Of a stretch of DNA of 64,000 nt, positions 1 to 10,984 are shown in pieces. The position numbers and the translations under genes are program-made. The stretch lies in contig JBKHIT010000008.1 in assembly GCA_046538485.1 (NCBI GenBank), positions 32,001 to 96,000 on the forward strand, given 5' to 3'. The number at the start of each line of letters is the position of its first letter. The first letter of the stretch is position 1. The notes below the pieces were generated by a model that saw nothing but the letters and a program-made list of their open reading frames with translations, had not been told where the DNA came from and did no database searches. The DNA comes from Candidatus Brocadiia bacterium. Its GTDB lineage: Bacteria; Planctomycetota; Brocadiia; SM23-32.

Positions 1-105
1 GATCAGATTGACCCGTCCCGGCGCACGCGCACATCGGAGACCATCGGTCGAACCAAAAACTTCCTGAAAACGCTCCATAATCTTTTTCGTCTTTTGCCGG
101 TCCAT
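1..105 (-). CDS. galK: Galactokinase, N-terminal part (runs off window edge)
   Basis: Not in ORF track. Manual translation from ATG at 105 gives MDRQKTKKIMERFQEVFGSTDGLRCARAPGRVNLI, and APGRVNLI is the galactokinase signature. GGAG RBS upstream. Confidence 0.85.
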   Translation of the reverse strand, partial: MDRQKTKKIMERFQEVFGSTDGLRCARAPGRVNLI

Positions 106-209
106 AGTGTTTCACTCCACAGAAACCTCTGTGCGAAGTTCTGAATTGTATGTGAAGAGGCGGAGATTTTCACGGAGGGATGCAAGAGGTTTCCTTCGGA
201 AAAGTATTA

Positions 210-660
210 GTGTCAATGATTCTACAAGCCTGCACCCCCGCTCCACCCCTTATCCTGCAGAATCGAATTCAGGTGAGCCCGCTATTCAGCGGGCGAATGC
301 CAGGAAATGCAAATACGCACGAAAACCCAACAAATGCTCCCGCGTGCTGAACTCCAGACTCCGGCTGAAGTCCAGTCCGCTCACGGGGAACCGAGACTCG
401 AGTTCAGCTGAGCACGCCAGCGGCGGGCGAAACTGGACTTGAGGCGGACAGTGCCTGCAAAAATGCCAGTGCGCGCGGAAATCCCAACAAATCGACCCGC
501 GTTCTGAACTCCAGACTACCGGCTGAAGTCCAGTCCGCTCACGGGGAACCGAGACTCGAGTTCAGGTGAGCCCGCCAGCGGCGGGCGAAACTGGACTTGA
601 GGCGGACAATGGCTCACAGATGTCAAGATGCGCGGAGATTCAACCCAATCGGTTCGCGGG
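210..660. repeat. Tandem ~158-bp REP/BIME-like mosaic repeat (about 2.5 units)
   Basis: CTGAACTCCAGACT..GGCTGAAGTCCAGTCCGCTCACGGGGAACCGAGACTCGAGTTCAG..GGGCGAAACTGGACTTGAGGCGGACA occurs at ~347-450 and ~504-608. Related copies lie at 9.0, 13.4, 35.7, 50.0 and 51.8 kb. Confidence 0.9.
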
Positions 661-941
661 TCCGCCGCCGGGCTTGAAAAGAAATCGCGCGAATGGCCGT
701 TTCATGCCCTGAAAAGGGGATAATATAGCAGCCCGGGGGCAGACGGCTGAAACTCATCGGAGCCCTGGGTCAACAATGCAGGGGAAACGATAGCGGGCTG
801 TAAGTCCAGCACAACAACGCATTGGCAGACCGGAATTCAGCCAACCACCGAAGCTCAGAAGGCGATTGGGCAAATCCGGGTGACGACCCGGTCCACAGAC
901 CACACACGTTTCTCAACAGCCCCTTTATATCTCGCGACAGG

Positions 942-1376
942 TCACCGCAGGGGATGCAACAGAGCCACCCGCGCGTTTTCCTTGATGCTGACGCCCACCT
1001 CGGGCACAACCAGAACCGTCTCTATCGGGCCTTCCAGCGCCAGAGTCGATGCCAGGTGGCAGCCGCAGGCAAGAATGCGCTCGTTGGGCACAAGCAACAT
1101 ACCGTCCGTAGCTGCTTTGATGGATTCGTTGAAAACAACCCGGTAATGCCCCCCTGCCAGATCCCACCACCCATAGTCGTCGTCCTCGGAGCGTTTTTGC
1201 GGTTCGATCTCGACGGTGCAACATTCTTCGTGCTCGCCGCCGCCGAAATCAATCTGCCCCGCATCTTCGATCGAAAAAATGCTATCGACCGTCAAATGCA
1301 CCCCGCGGGCATCGACCTGTTTGTCCCGGTAGACTGTTCCGCTCAAGAAACTGTCAAACAATTCATCCGGTTTCAT
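942..1376 (-). CDS. dCTP deaminase/dUTPase-like protein (haloarchaeal-type, degenerate)
   Basis: Motifs GVHLTV, IDFGGGE, DDDYGWWDLAGGHYRVVFNE, IKENARV. AGGAGG RBS before ATG at 1376. Confidence 0.7.
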   Translation of the reverse strand: MKPDELFDSFLSGTVYRDKQVDARGVHLTVDSIFSIEDAGQIDFGGGEHEECCTVEIEPQKRSEDDDYGWWDLAGGHYRVVFNESIKAATDGMLLVPNERILACGCHLASTLALEGPIETVLVVPEVGVSIKENARVALLHPLR

Positions 1377-1579
1377 ACCTGTTACCTCCTTCATGAAGCT
1401 ATATCAAAGTTCTGCTATCGGGTTGACAGGTTACTGAGTACATTTTAGGCGGTTGAGGAAAGGCTGCAAAATGAGAGGCAGGCAACGTGCCGCAACGCAC
1501 AGGAACTTAAGGGGAGGAAGGGACCTGAGGGACTCAGCACCGACAGCAGACATCATCAAAGGGGGCGAAGACATCGGGC

Positions 1580-1876
1580 TTATTTTTTCTGCCAGCGGTG
1601 TTTTTCCAGAACTTCACGCACGTCATCCTGCTGCTGATCGCTCAGATTCAGCTTGCGATCAAGCCTTCGGACCATGACCTCCGTGCGTTTTTCGGGATGG
1701 TGGATCAACTCGATCACCCGGTTTCTGACGATACCAAGGGCCAGACACACGCCGATAACCATCCCACAGACCAGGATAGCTGCGCCCACCAGGACCGACC
1801 TGAGCCAGCGCCGTTTTTTGCGCGGTTTCCGGGCATTGTGCTCTTCCGTCTCAATTTTTTCCGTTTGTTCACTCAT
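1580..1876 (-). CDS. Membrane-anchored LTxxQ/periplasmic sensor-like protein, probably C-terminally truncated
   Basis: One TM helix followed by LDRKLNLSDQQQDDVREVL. Ends abruptly. Confidence 0.5.
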   Translation of the reverse strand: MSEQTEKIETEEHNARKPRKKRRWLRSVLVGAAILVCGMVIGVCLALGIVRNRVIELIHHPEKRTEVMVRRLDRKLNLSDQQQDDVREVLEKHRWQKK

Positions 1877-2061
1877 TGGATCACCAGCAAAAAAGGGCTA
1901 AACAGGAACCCCAGTGGGTCGAGCAAAGCGGACCACGCCTGGGCGGTCGCGAACGCCAGGGCGCAGGCCGCGACAGCCGAAACCACCGCAAACCCGCCGG
2001 TCCTCAATCTTCTCGATTTGTTCGTCAGTCAGAACATTTCCAACCAATTCTTTTTGCGCAT
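1873..2061 (-). pseudogene. Remnant of small membrane (anti-sigma-like) protein with in-frame stop
   Basis: MRKKNWLEMF*LTNKSRRLRTGGFAVVSAVAACALAFATAQAWSALLDPLGFLFSPFLLVIQ*. Its stop overlaps the next start (ATGA). Confidence 0.35.
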
Positions 2062-2224
2062 GATCCACTCCCGTGCAAAAATCTCCTCTGATTCGTTCAC
2101 CCCACCGCCGATCGGTGGGTTTCACTGGTATAGTGGGGAGAAATGGGGAAAGGTAACGGGCAATTTCAGGGAAAATGGCGACTGAAAGGACCTGCGGAGC
2201 GGACAGCAATCGTCGGGGGTGCAC

Positions 2225-4864
2225 TTATTTTACGACGATGTTGACGATGCGGTTGGGGACGACGATCACTTTGGCGATATCTTTGCCTTCGAGGCGTTTT
2301 TTGATGCCCTCAAGGTCCAGCGCCTGCTGCCGAAGCAGCTCTTCATCGGCATCCCTCTCGGCCATCAAGCGGTCGCGCACTTTTCCATTTATCTGCACCG
2401 GGATCTCGATTTCATCGAAACGAGCCGCCTCCTCATCAAAATCCGGCCATGGCTGGTCGATCACGCTCGCCGGGTTGCCCAGTTTTGTCCACAGTTCTTC
2501 ACAAATATGCGGGACGAACGGAGAAAGCAATAACACGATATTTTCCGCGGCAAAGTGGAAGAGATTGAACGAATTCAGCTCCGCTTCGGATTCCGTCCCG
2601 ACATAGCTCTCAAGCACATTCAACTCAGAGACTTCATTGAACAGCTCCATCACGGCAGCAATAGCCGTATTGAAATGCCAGCTCTGCTCAATATCTCGTG
2701 TCACTTTCTTGATCGTGGCATGTGTGAGGCGATAGACCCTCAAGTCCTGCCCATCCAGATCATCCCCTCTCAAACCGTGAGCGGGAACGTGATCGAAATC
2801 CTCTTCGTGGCCGGCAATTGCATCCCAGAGCCGGTTGAGGAAACGGTGGTATCCCACGATGCCGCCCTCTTGCCATTCCGCATCCTTCTCCGGCGGGCCG
2901 ATCGCGAGCGTATACATTCGAAGCGTATCAGCCCCATATTTTTCGATCACTTCATCGAAAGAAACCACGTTTCCTTTCGATTTGCTCATTTTTTCGACAC
3001 GAGGAGTTATTTCGATCTCCTCTTCAAGCCGTTCCTCCGTGCTCACATCGAATTTGCATTTGCACGGCTCACTCACGCTATCGCCGGTCGTGACAATATG
3101 CCCGCACCGATCGCAAACATAACTTGCTTTGCAGATCATGCCCTGCGTGAAGAGCGCTTCGAACGGTTCGCGAAATCCCACTTCGCCCTGATCGTACAGG
3201 ACTTTCACAATAAATCGTGAATAAAGAAGGTGTAAAACCGCATGTTCAACACCACCGATGTATTGGTCCACCGGAAGCCAGTAGTCCACCTGCTCGCGAT
3301 CGAAGGGAACGTCTTCGCGTCCGGGGCTTGTGTAGCGCAGAAAATACCAGCACGAACAGAGCCACTGCGCGATCGTATCGGTCTCTCGCTCAGCCGGCCC
3401 GCCGCAACGAGGACATGTCGTTTCGACAAAATCATCGACGAAAGCCAGAGGGCTCTCTCCGCGTGGTGTAAAATCGACTTCATCGGGAAGCTTAACGGGC
3501 AAATCTTCTTCGGGGACGGGGACAGAGCCGCATTTTTTACAGTGGACAACCGGAATCGGCGCGCCCCAGTAACGCTGGCGGCTGATCAACCAGTCCCGAA
3601 GGCGATAACTGACATCCCCTTCTCCCATATCGTTCTCTTCAAGGTATTCTATGACCTTGTGGACGCCCTCGCGACTCGGCGTGCCGTCAAGAGATCCGCT
3701 GTTGACCATGGTTCCGTGTTCTTCGAACGCCTCTCCCATAGTCTCCACATCGATATCGCCATCTTTCGGTTGGATCACGACACGGATTGGCAGATCGTAT
3801 TTTCGGGCGAACTCAAAGTCTCTCTGGTCGTGGGCCGGCACGGCCATGATCGCACCCGTGCCGTACTCCATCAGGACGTAGTTAGCTACCCAGAGGGGAA
3901 TCCTCGCACCGTTAACCGGATTGATGACATGACGACCGGTAAAACAGCCCTGTTTATCAATCATCTCGCCGGAGCGGGCGAACAGACTCTGCCGTTTTGC
4001 TTCAGGAATGAATTCCAGAACATCTTCTTCCTGGTCGGTACCCGCGACCAGGTCGGCCAACCCCGGGTACTCGGGCGCGAGACACATGTAAGTCGCCCCC
4101 CAGAGCGTATCAGGACGGGTGGTGAAACACGGAATCGTCTCATCGCTATCCTCAAGCGGGAATTCGACGAGCGCCCCCTCGCTTCGGCCAATCCATTCCG
4201 CCTGCATTCGTTTCACGCGGCCCGGCCAGTCGTCCAGTTGCTCCAGATCATCCAGAAGCGGTCGGGCATAATCGGTAATTTTGAAAAACCACTGTTTGAG
4301 ATCTTTCTCTTCAACCAGTTCTCCGCACCGTTCACAGCGGCCATTAACAACCTCTTCGTTGGCCAAACCTGTCTGACAACTCGGACACCAGTTAACCGGC
4401 GCGTCGGCACGATAAGCCAGGTCCGCTTCATACAATTTCAAAAACACCCATTGCGTCCATTTGTAATAATCCGGCTCGCTGGTGTTGACTTCGCGCTCCC
4501 AATCATATTCCACACCGAGAGATTTGATCTGTTCTTTCATCGTCTCGATGTTTTTCTTGACCGATTCGGCCGGGGGAATTCCGCTTTTGATAGCCGCGTT
4601 CTCTGCCGGCAATCCAAAAGCATCCCATCCCATGGGCGCCAGAACGTTGAATCCGCGCATCATTTTATACCGAGCCACTACATCGCCCATGATGTAGTTG
4701 CGCCCGTGGCCCACGTGCAGCGCACCAGAAGGATAGGGAAACATTACAAGGCAATAGAATTTCGGATCGTCAGCCATGTCGACTGCACGGAAGACATCTT
4801 CGCTTCGCCAGTATTTCTGCCAGTAATCTTCGATCTTTTTGGGATTGTAAGCCGTATCAGCCAT
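2225..4864 (-). CDS. leuS: Leucine--tRNA ligase
   Basis: [13 protein letters not shown] (HIGH), KMSKS, editing-domain [19 protein letters not shown]. 879 aa. Confidence 0.99.
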   Translation of the reverse strand: MADTAYNPKKIEDYWQKYWRSEDVFRAVDMADDPKFYCLVMFPYPSGALHVGHGRNYIMGDVVARYKMMRGFNVLAPMGWDAFGLPAENAAIKSGIPPAESVKKNIETMKEQIKSLGVEYDWEREVNTSEPDYYKWTQWVFLKLYEADLAYRADAPVNWCPSCQTGLANEEVVNGRCERCGELVEEKDLKQWFFKITDYARPLLDDLEQLDDWPGRVKRMQAEWIGRSEGALVEFPLEDSDETIPCFTTRPDTLWGATYMCLAPEYPGLADLVAGTDQEEDVLEFIPEAKRQSLFARSGEMIDKQGCFTGRHVINPVNGARIPLWVANYVLMEYGTGAIMAVPAHDQRDFEFARKYDLPIRVVIQPKDGDIDVETMGEAFEEHGTMVNSGSLDGTPSREGVHKVIEYLEENDMGEGDVSYRLRDWLISRQRYWGAPIPVVHCKKCGSVPVPEEDLPVKLPDEVDFTPRGESPLAFVDDFVETTCPRCGGPAERETDTIAQWLCSCWYFLRYTSPGREDVPFDREQVDYWLPVDQYIGGVEHAVLHLLYSRFIVKVLYDQGEVGFREPFEALFTQGMICKASYVCDRCGHIVTTGDSVSEPCKCKFDVSTEERLEEEIEITPRVEKMSKSKGNVVSFDEVIEKYGADTLRMYTLAIGPPEKDAEWQEGGIVGYHRFLNRLWDAIAGHEEDFDHVPAHGLRGDDLDGQDLRVYRLTHATIKKVTRDIEQSWHFNTAIAAVMELFNEVSELNVLESYVGTESEAELNSFNLFHFAAENIVLLLSPFVPHICEELWTKLGNPASVIDQPWPDFDEEAARFDEIEIPVQINGKVRDRLMAERDADEELLRQQALDLEGIKKRLEGKDIAKVIVVPNRIVNIVVK

Positions 4865-5124
4865 GCTGTTGCTTGCTCCGCTGGATCGGGGAAACAGTTT
4901 TCATGCAATCTCAGGCAGGATATCGATTATATCGCCCAGCGCCCCCGGTTCAAACGAATTGAGCGATTTCAGCGTTAAACGCATTAGAAGAGTTCGAAGG
5001 GACTTAAGAGACGTAAGGGACACAGGTCGGGGCGAAAGCGCCGCCCGCTGCTGTTTTTAAGAGGCGCCTTCTCTGGTATACTTGGAAACAAATCGAGCCC
5101 TGTTTTCGGCTGGAATGTCAAAAA

Positions 5125-5889
5125 ATGACCGCAAACCACCTCTATCTCGCTTTCGATATCGGAAATACTACGGTCCGCATTGCCGTCCGCGGCACGGAGG
5201 GATGGGAACCCGTGGAGACCATACGCACTCGGCCGCTGGAGAACCTGCCGGACCGAGTGGGCGATGCCGTATCCCATGCGGACCTCGCCGGTGAGCCAGA
5301 TCGCATTCTGGCCTCGTCGGTCTGCCCGACTATAGACGATATGGTGGTGGAGACTTGCAACAAATCGGGATGGCGAGTGCCGGAATTTTTCGGTAAGGAT
5401 CTCCCGATACCGATACAAACTTCCGTCCGCGAACCGGAAAAGGTAGGAAATGATCGCTTGCTCTGTGCGCTGGGAGCTCGGGAAATGGTCGGTAGCCCCT
5501 GCATTGTCATCGGGATGGGCACGGCCATCACCGTTGATCTTATCGATCATGAGGGGATATTCGCGGGGGGGGCAATCGCCCCGGGTTTGCGCTTAAGCGC
5601 ACGGGCGCTCAATGAAGGCACAGCCGCCCTGCCCGCAATTCTCATCGATTCTCCCGCCGAAACACCGGGGAAAGACACCGAATCTGCGATTCGGTGCGGC
5701 GTGCTGGCTTTCTGCCGCGGGGGCGTGCAAAAGCTTGTATCCAAATTCAGCGCTGAGTTTCAAAGCGACCTCGAAGTTGTACTGACGGGAGGCGATGCGA
5801 ATTGGCTGGAATGTGATACCTGGGACAGATCGGTTCGGCAGGTTCCCCTGTTGATTTTCCGTGGTATGAAAGTAGCCGTCTCGGAGTAA
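5125..5889 (+). CDS. coaX: Type III pantothenate kinase
   Basis: DIGNT, GNDR, GTAITVD, GGAIAPG, LTGGDA motifs. Confidence 0.95.
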   Translation: MTANHLYLAFDIGNTTVRIAVRGTEGWEPVETIRTRPLENLPDRVGDAVSHADLAGEPDRILASSVCPTIDDMVVETCNKSGWRVPEFFGKDLPIPIQTSVREPEKVGNDRLLCALGAREMVGSPCIVIGMGTAITVDLIDHEGIFAGGAIAPGLRLSARALNEGTAALPAILIDSPAETPGKDTESAIRCGVLAFCRGGVQKLVSKFSAEFQSDLEVVLTGGDANWLECDTWDRSVRQVPLLIFRGMKVAVSE

Positions 5890-5989
5890 TACCACAGGTT
5901 GAGGGGCGACCGGAATCGGGATCTTCAAACCGTGCGAAGCACCTGGCTCTTGTTCTCGGGTAAAGGGTCTATTTTCGAGAGAAACCGGT

Positions 5990-7102
5990 TTAAGAATCTT
6001 CCGCAAGCGCACGAATCCGGGCCTGCTTGTCCCATTCCTTAAGAGCTTCTACAATCGGATCCAGCTTCCCCATTAAAACGGTTTCAATCCCAAACGTATC
6101 CAGCCCGATACGGTGATCGGTCACCCGGTCCTGGGGGAAATTATACGTTCGGACCCGCTGGTTACGGTCGCCGCTGCCAACCTGGGTCCGACGGAGTTCA
6201 TCACGTTTTTCTTTCTGTTCTTCCTGCTGTTTCTCGTAAATCTTTGCCCGCAACAGTTTCAAAGCCTGTTTCCTGTTTTTGTGTTGCGATTTTTCCTCCT
6301 GGCATTTCACAGCAATCCCGGTCGGTTCGTGGACAATGCGGACACACGAATCGACTTTGTTGACGTTCTGCCCGCCCGGGCCGGTTGAGCGCATAAAACT
6401 GATGTCAAGATCTTCCGGTTTGAGTTCAACTTCCACCTCCCGGACTTCCGGCAAAACGGCAACGGTCGCAAGACTTGTATGAATCCGTCCTTGAGACTCG
6501 GTTTTGGGTACCCTCTGCACGCGGTGCCCGCCACTTTCAAAACGCAGGTGCTGCCAGACCCCATTGCCGCTGATCGAAAGCACGATGTGTTTGAAGCCCC
6601 CCATGTCAGTGATACTTTTATCGAGGCAGCGAACCTTCCAGCCTTTTTGCTGGGCGTAGTGTTTGTACATCCCGAACAGATCCGCCGCGAAAAGCGCCGC
6701 CTCCTGCCCGCCGGTCCCGCTACGGATTTCCATAATAGCGCTTCGATGGGCTTCCTCGGAATCCGAACAGAGCTCACCAAGCACTTCATGAAGTATCTCG
6801 TTCTCCGATTTATCCGCCGCCTTTATTTCATCTTCGGCCAGCTCCGTCAATTCCGGATCCTCGTCGGATTCTTCAAGAAGCTCTTCCGCTTCCTTTTTCC
6901 TCTGCCGCGCTTCCTGCAGCTGTCTGTACATATCCCGGAATTTTGTAAGCTCTCCGTGTTCCCGGGCGACGTGCGCATAGCGACCGGAATTGGATGCCAG
7001 ATCCGGATCGGCCAGTTTTTGCTCGAGTTCACGGTGTCGCTGGACCTTCTCTTCCAGCATCTCGCTCACTCGCTCTTTGATGTTTTCTTTCAACGCATCC
7101 AT
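5990..7102 (-). CDS. prfA: Peptide chain release factor 1
   Basis: GGQ motif, PKT (PxT) anticodon motif, RTYNFPQDRVTDHRI. Confidence 0.98.
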   Translation of the reverse strand: MDALKENIKERVSEMLEEKVQRHRELEQKLADPDLASNSGRYAHVAREHGELTKFRDMYRQLQEARQRKKEAEELLEESDEDPELTELAEDEIKAADKSENEILHEVLGELCSDSEEAHRSAIMEIRSGTGGQEAALFAADLFGMYKHYAQQKGWKVRCLDKSITDMGGFKHIVLSISGNGVWQHLRFESGGHRVQRVPKTESQGRIHTSLATVAVLPEVREVEVELKPEDLDISFMRSTGPGGQNVNKVDSCVRIVHEPTGIAVKCQEEKSQHKNRKQALKLLRAKIYEKQQEEQKEKRDELRRTQVGSGDRNQRVRTYNFPQDRVTDHRIGLDTFGIETVLMGKLDPIVEALKEWDKQARIRALAEDS

Positions 7103-7167
7103 TGCTCAGGTACAGACTCCCCTCTCGTAATGTATATAAATGGGAAAAGCGTGTCCCCGGCTATCAG

Positions 7168-7422
7168 CTATTGGGATTCTTCCTGCTCGCCGCCGCCTGA
7201 AAGTTCCCGTTTTTTCTGTTCGATCGTGTCGCCCCAACGTTGCATAAATTTTTCCACACGCCCGGCGCTATCAACAAACTTTTGTTGACCTGTGTAGAAA
7301 GGATGGCACTCGGAGCACACTTCAACGCGAATTTGCGGCACGGTCGCACGAGTGGTAAAACTCGCGCCACAGCCACATTTGACCTCGCACTCTATATACT
7401 CGGGATGAATATCCGATTTCAC
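7168..7422 (-). CDS. rpmE: 50S ribosomal protein bL31 (Zn-binding type)
   Basis: [31 protein letters not shown] start. Confidence 0.97.
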   Translation of the reverse strand: MKSDIHPEYIECEVKCGCGASFTTRATVPQIRVEVCSECHPFYTGQQKFVDSAGRVEKFMQRWGDTIEQKKRELSGGGEQEESQ

Positions 7423-7690
7423 AGGAAAGTCCTTTCGTACGTTTATAAGAGATTTTCGCCCCCAACAAACCGTATCTTACACGAAACAAACGAGCTCTGC
7501 AAATTCTCGGGCTGCCTCAGACAAGCAGATCCCGCAGTGAGCAAACCGTTTAATCCTCCCGCTCGCCTCCTCCCTTATTCTCAGCCCCTGGCTCTATTCA
7601 TGTCGGGTTTTGGATTTCTCACCGCTGCACTCGGACCGCCATATCAAAACCGACGTCAGCCGAACGAAGCTCTTCGCCGTGAGCAAGAAC

Positions 7691-8602
7691 TTACGGATAC
7701 GAACACGGATCGATGTATTTAAGATCGCCGTCCGGTTCAATCAAGGCATGCGGGGCGACCAGCATTTCGTATTCCCCGGCGCACATCTTCGACTCATTGA
7801 AACCAACTTCTCCGCAGGCGATACCGATCACATGCATGTCCCACGCCAGAGCGTTGAAATGCCCCTGGTGACGGTAGAAGAGAAAGTGGTCGGAGTTGGG
7901 TGGGTGGGAGCGCCACTCGCCCCAGCGCCGGCTGGCGCCGGTCCCGCCTGCTCCGAGACCGTCGCGCATCAACAATACTTTGGAGGGATAATTCATTTCG
8001 GCAGTCAGGTAGTACCGCTCGCATCGGTATGCTCCGCCAGCCCCGTACCAGCCCCACGTGTTCGGGTAATTGTTGTTGGTCTTAATGTTGCACCTGTAGT
8101 TGTAGAGCCCGCCCGAGGCAAGCCAGAACTTGTCGCTCGACGCATAGCTGGGGTGATTGGCAATGATAATATCAACTTCGTGCGGTACGTAGTTGTAGCA
8201 GGCATATTTCTTGCCCGATGGGGCGCACCACCCGGTATTGTCGGTGGTAAACCCGGCCGATGGACAATCCCATACACCGAGCGGCCTGGCCCACTGGGCA
8301 TGCCAGGGATAACCGTTCGGCCAGTAGTCCGGCAAATACCCGTTCTTCGTCAGGGGACCGTAGGCACCGGTGCCGTAGGTAGGACCACCAAAATCATTCA
8401 TGTACATCGTCTGCGCCAGCCCGAGCTGCCCCAGGTTGTTCTTGCAGGAAACGTCGCGGGCAGCGTCGCGCGCTCTTTCCAGCGCCGGCATCAACATAGC
8501 TGCCAGAATGGCGATAATCGCTATGACGACCAGAAGTTCTATCAAAGTGAACGCCGATTCTCTGTGACCGCCTGATTGCGTCACTACACACCCCCTTTTC
8601 AC
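7691..8602 (-). CDS. Prepilin-type N-terminal cleavage/methylation domain protein (DUF1559-like)
   Basis: [39 protein letters not shown]-terminal H-X9-D motif variant ([13 protein letters not shown]). Confidence 0.9.
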   Translation of the reverse strand: MKRGCVVTQSGGHRESAFTLIELLVVIAIIAILAAMLMPALERARDAARDVSCKNNLGQLGLAQTMYMNDFGGPTYGTGAYGPLTKNGYLPDYWPNGYPWHAQWARPLGVWDCPSAGFTTDNTGWCAPSGKKYACYNYVPHEVDIIIANHPSYASSDKFWLASGGLYNYRCNIKTNNNYPNTWGWYGAGGAYRCERYYLTAEMNYPSKVLLMRDGLGAGGTGASRRWGEWRSHPPNSDHFLFYRHQGHFNALAWDMHVIGIACGEVGFNESKMCAGEYEMLVAPHALIEPDGDLKYIDPCSYP

Positions 8603-8736
8603 TAAAATCTGGCCGAGTGAAGTTCTAACTGCGCGCTTTCTGTACTACTGTATTCTCAACGCTCGCAGCCTGTCAAACTGAATCCATTAATTTACCAGGA
8701 TATGGCACTCATCCCGCGAAGACCGTGCGCCCCGAA

Positions 8737-9250
8737 AAATTTGATATCGTAAAGGACGGGATTCCTCCGATCTCCTACAGTGATTGTTTGGTTTAACCAG
8801 TTCACGTGCGAGGAGCGAGGAATCCCGTGAAGGTAGTCTCCAGCGACCCGCCTCATAACGCCCTGATCGTAAGAGACCAAAACTCTGAGGATCCGAAGAT
8901 AGATTAGATAACGCAGGACACATAGCGCGCCAGGCTCGGAAAGCGGGCAGGTGAATGCGACCGACCTGGGCCGGCGGTCAAGGCGGATCGGTGGGCGAAA
9001 CTGGACTTGAGACGGGCAGTGCCTGCAAAAATGCCAGTGCGCGCGGAAATCCCAACAAATCGACCCGCGTTCTGAACTCCAGTCCGCCCGCGGGGGGCTA
9101 ATGGGGTGAAAAACCGTTTCTTTAGTCTAAACCGGCTCATCAACGGCTCTGAAATCCGGATTCTGGGGTAAAAACTTTTTCTGCCTACCGCTAAGTCCCG
9201 ACTGTGCAAATATTTCTGCTCAACGCACATGGCTCGCTCCCACTTCAGAA
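8737..9250. repeat. ~520-560-bp non-coding mosaic element, inverted homologue of 35530-36085
   Basis: 9158-9207 is the exact reverse complement of 35567-35616. 8738-8767 matches 36053-36082 (reverse complement). 9019-9082 is identical to 451-514. Confidence 0.9.
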
Positions 9251-9281
9251 GCAAATGAACCGCCCACAGGCAGGCAAACCA

Positions 9282-10610
9282 CTAAAAGCTTTCACTGAAC
9301 TCCACAGCCGGCTCAAGCACCTCCGTCACGACTCCCGCCCCGTTCAAACGCCCGTGTCCCATCGCAACGGCCGAAAGCGAACGCGAACCGCACCCGTGTT
9401 CGGTAATATCGCCGAAAACTAGTTGAGCGATGCAGAAATAGGCTCGACCCAGATCGACTGCTCGACGCAGCAATTTAATATCTTTCCTTATGATCCCCGT
9501 CAAAGCCCACAAAGGTGGACTCGGCGCAGCATCCCCGTTCTCGTCCAACCAATCCGGTTTGTCACTTCGCATGCCGAGCGGCCCGGTCCCGACCCTCTCC
9601 GCGGGATCGACCACCATCGTCAACTCGCCGACCTCCCGAAACTGTTCTGGGGGCACCTTTTCCAAAAGTTCATCGAACTGCTCGCTCCCCGTTCGATTTC
9701 TGAAACGCCGCACGGCGGCCTGGGCTTGCCAGGCGATGGGGTTGGCGATTTCTTCGGCCGCGACCTCTGTAATACGCGCCGCAGCGTCACGATAAATCGC
9801 ATTATCCGTCTTTTCCCAAAGGGTCAGCATCGCATCGGGGACGGCCGACGCCAGCAAATTCTCGGCTTTAGACAAAAGCAAATCCAGATCGTCGGGAGCT
9901 TCGCCGGCAAAAGATTCATAATCCCCGTCCCCGTTTTTCCGCTGGTAGACCGGCCCTTCGGAATCGATCCCGACGGGCAGATTTTCGTCGGCCACGATGG
10001 CGTGTGCCCATCGTTGCCCGTAATGAATTGCGAAATCCAGGTAACGCTCCTCCCCTGTCGCATCGTGGGCAATCAAAGCGATCGATATCATGCGGACGTG
10101 TTCGGGGAAATTGAGGGACGGTTCGCCCACGAACTCGGTCCCGAGATACAGAGAACGGAAAACGCCCCGGCCCCAATCGTACCAATCCGGTGCCCCCTCG
10201 CTCCAATTGCCTATGTGATGTGCGGCATCTTCGAGTTGCCGTACCGTCTCGCGATCCGTTTTGTCGAGTCCCACCAAAGATCCCAAAAAGAGTTCAAAAT
10301 GTTCCGTGCCGTGATGAGCTTCCTGTTTTTTCCAGTATCCATGGCTCCAGCTGTCGTCCTGAACGAATCGCGCTCGGGTTCGATCCCGGTACATTTTCAT
10401 AAACCGCAAAGGACGAGGATCCCCGGTCGTACGGGCGTAGGAAGCCCAGGGAACCATGAACGTGCCCCCATCGTGGGAACCGGAACTGATCCCTTTGGAA
10501 TTGGCTTGAACGACCCGCCGCACCCAGGATTCCATTTCCGCGAGAAACTGTTGGATCGCCGCCGCGAGCGAGGGGGATTCTGGCACCGTAGCCGTTGTGG
10601 AATCAGTCAT
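9282..10610 (-). CDS. Hypothetical protein, possible (alpha/alpha)6-barrel sugar enzyme
   Basis: Long ORF with TGDPRPL/TGEERYLDFA/TDNAIYRDAA helical-hairpin repeats. Start set at MTDST after a GGAG RBS. Confidence 0.6.
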   Translation of the reverse strand: MTDSTTATVPESPSLAAAIQQFLAEMESWVRRVVQANSKGISSGSHDGGTFMVPWASYARTTGDPRPLRFMKMYRDRTRARFVQDDSWSHGYWKKQEAHHGTEHFELFLGSLVGLDKTDRETVRQLEDAAHHIGNWSEGAPDWYDWGRGVFRSLYLGTEFVGEPSLNFPEHVRMISIALIAHDATGEERYLDFAIHYGQRWAHAIVADENLPVGIDSEGPVYQRKNGDGDYESFAGEAPDDLDLLLSKAENLLASAVPDAMLTLWEKTDNAIYRDAAARITEVAAEEIANPIAWQAQAAVRRFRNRTGSEQFDELLEKVPPEQFREVGELTMVVDPAERVGTGPLGMRSDKPDWLDENGDAAPSPPLWALTGIIRKDIKLLRRAVDLGRAYFCIAQLVFGDITEHGCGSRSLSAVAMGHGRLNGAGVVTEVLEPAVEFSESF

Positions 10611-10633
10611 GTCGTCTTCTCCGCACGCAGAAT

Positions 10634-10795
10634 TCACTCGACGAGTTCGAACTGATCTTTCCCTACCCCACAAATGGGGCATTCCCAATCATCAGGAAGG
10701 TCTTCAAAAGACACGCCGGGATCGATTTCCGCGGCCGGATCACCTTTTTCGGGATCGTAAATATAACCACATACCTCACACCGATATTTTTCCAC
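10634..10795 (-). CDS. Rubredoxin
   Basis: [14 protein letters not shown]...[17 protein letters not shown]. 53 aa from GTG at 10795 with AGGAG RBS. Confidence 0.95.
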   Translation of the reverse strand: MEKYRCEVCGYIYDPEKGDPAAEIDPGVSFEDLPDDWECPICGVGKDQFELVE

Positions 10796-10984
10796 CTTTT
10801 TCTCCTGTTTTCCGTGAATTTCCGGGGCGAGAAGAGCGTCATTGTAAGTTTGCCTGTGGGCAGTGTCAACCACCCTTTTTTCCGTTTGATTTTGGGCGGG
10901 TCCCGTGTTACAAGAACCTTCTACTCGCCGTGTTTTGTTGTTTTTGGAAGACGAATATTTCCGCAGTATCAAAGGAGTGTATTT

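Noticed and set aside
265..660. CRISPR array
   Set aside because: Units are ~158 bp, the linkers are homologous to each other and recur elsewhere in the window, and no cas genes are present.
2029..2031. In-frame TGA as selenocysteine or recoding
   Set aside because: Not a redox context and no SECIS-like hairpin. Other genes use TGA as stop.
3000..3140. Cys-rich segment before KMSKS in LeuS as an intein or novel insert
   Set aside because: It sits in the variable leucine-specific domain, is short and lacks intein motifs.
3242..4978. 578-aa plus-strand ORF and other long antisense ORFs (e.g. 9423-10655, 16043-17143, 18759-19775)
   Set aside because: They are shadows of well-supported genes on the opposite strand and have no recognisable motifs.
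8904..9254. Small ORFs in repeat regions (also 107-442, 35631-35963, 13242-13508)
   Set aside because: Their shared peptide words come from the DNA repeats. Frames and ends are not conserved between copies.
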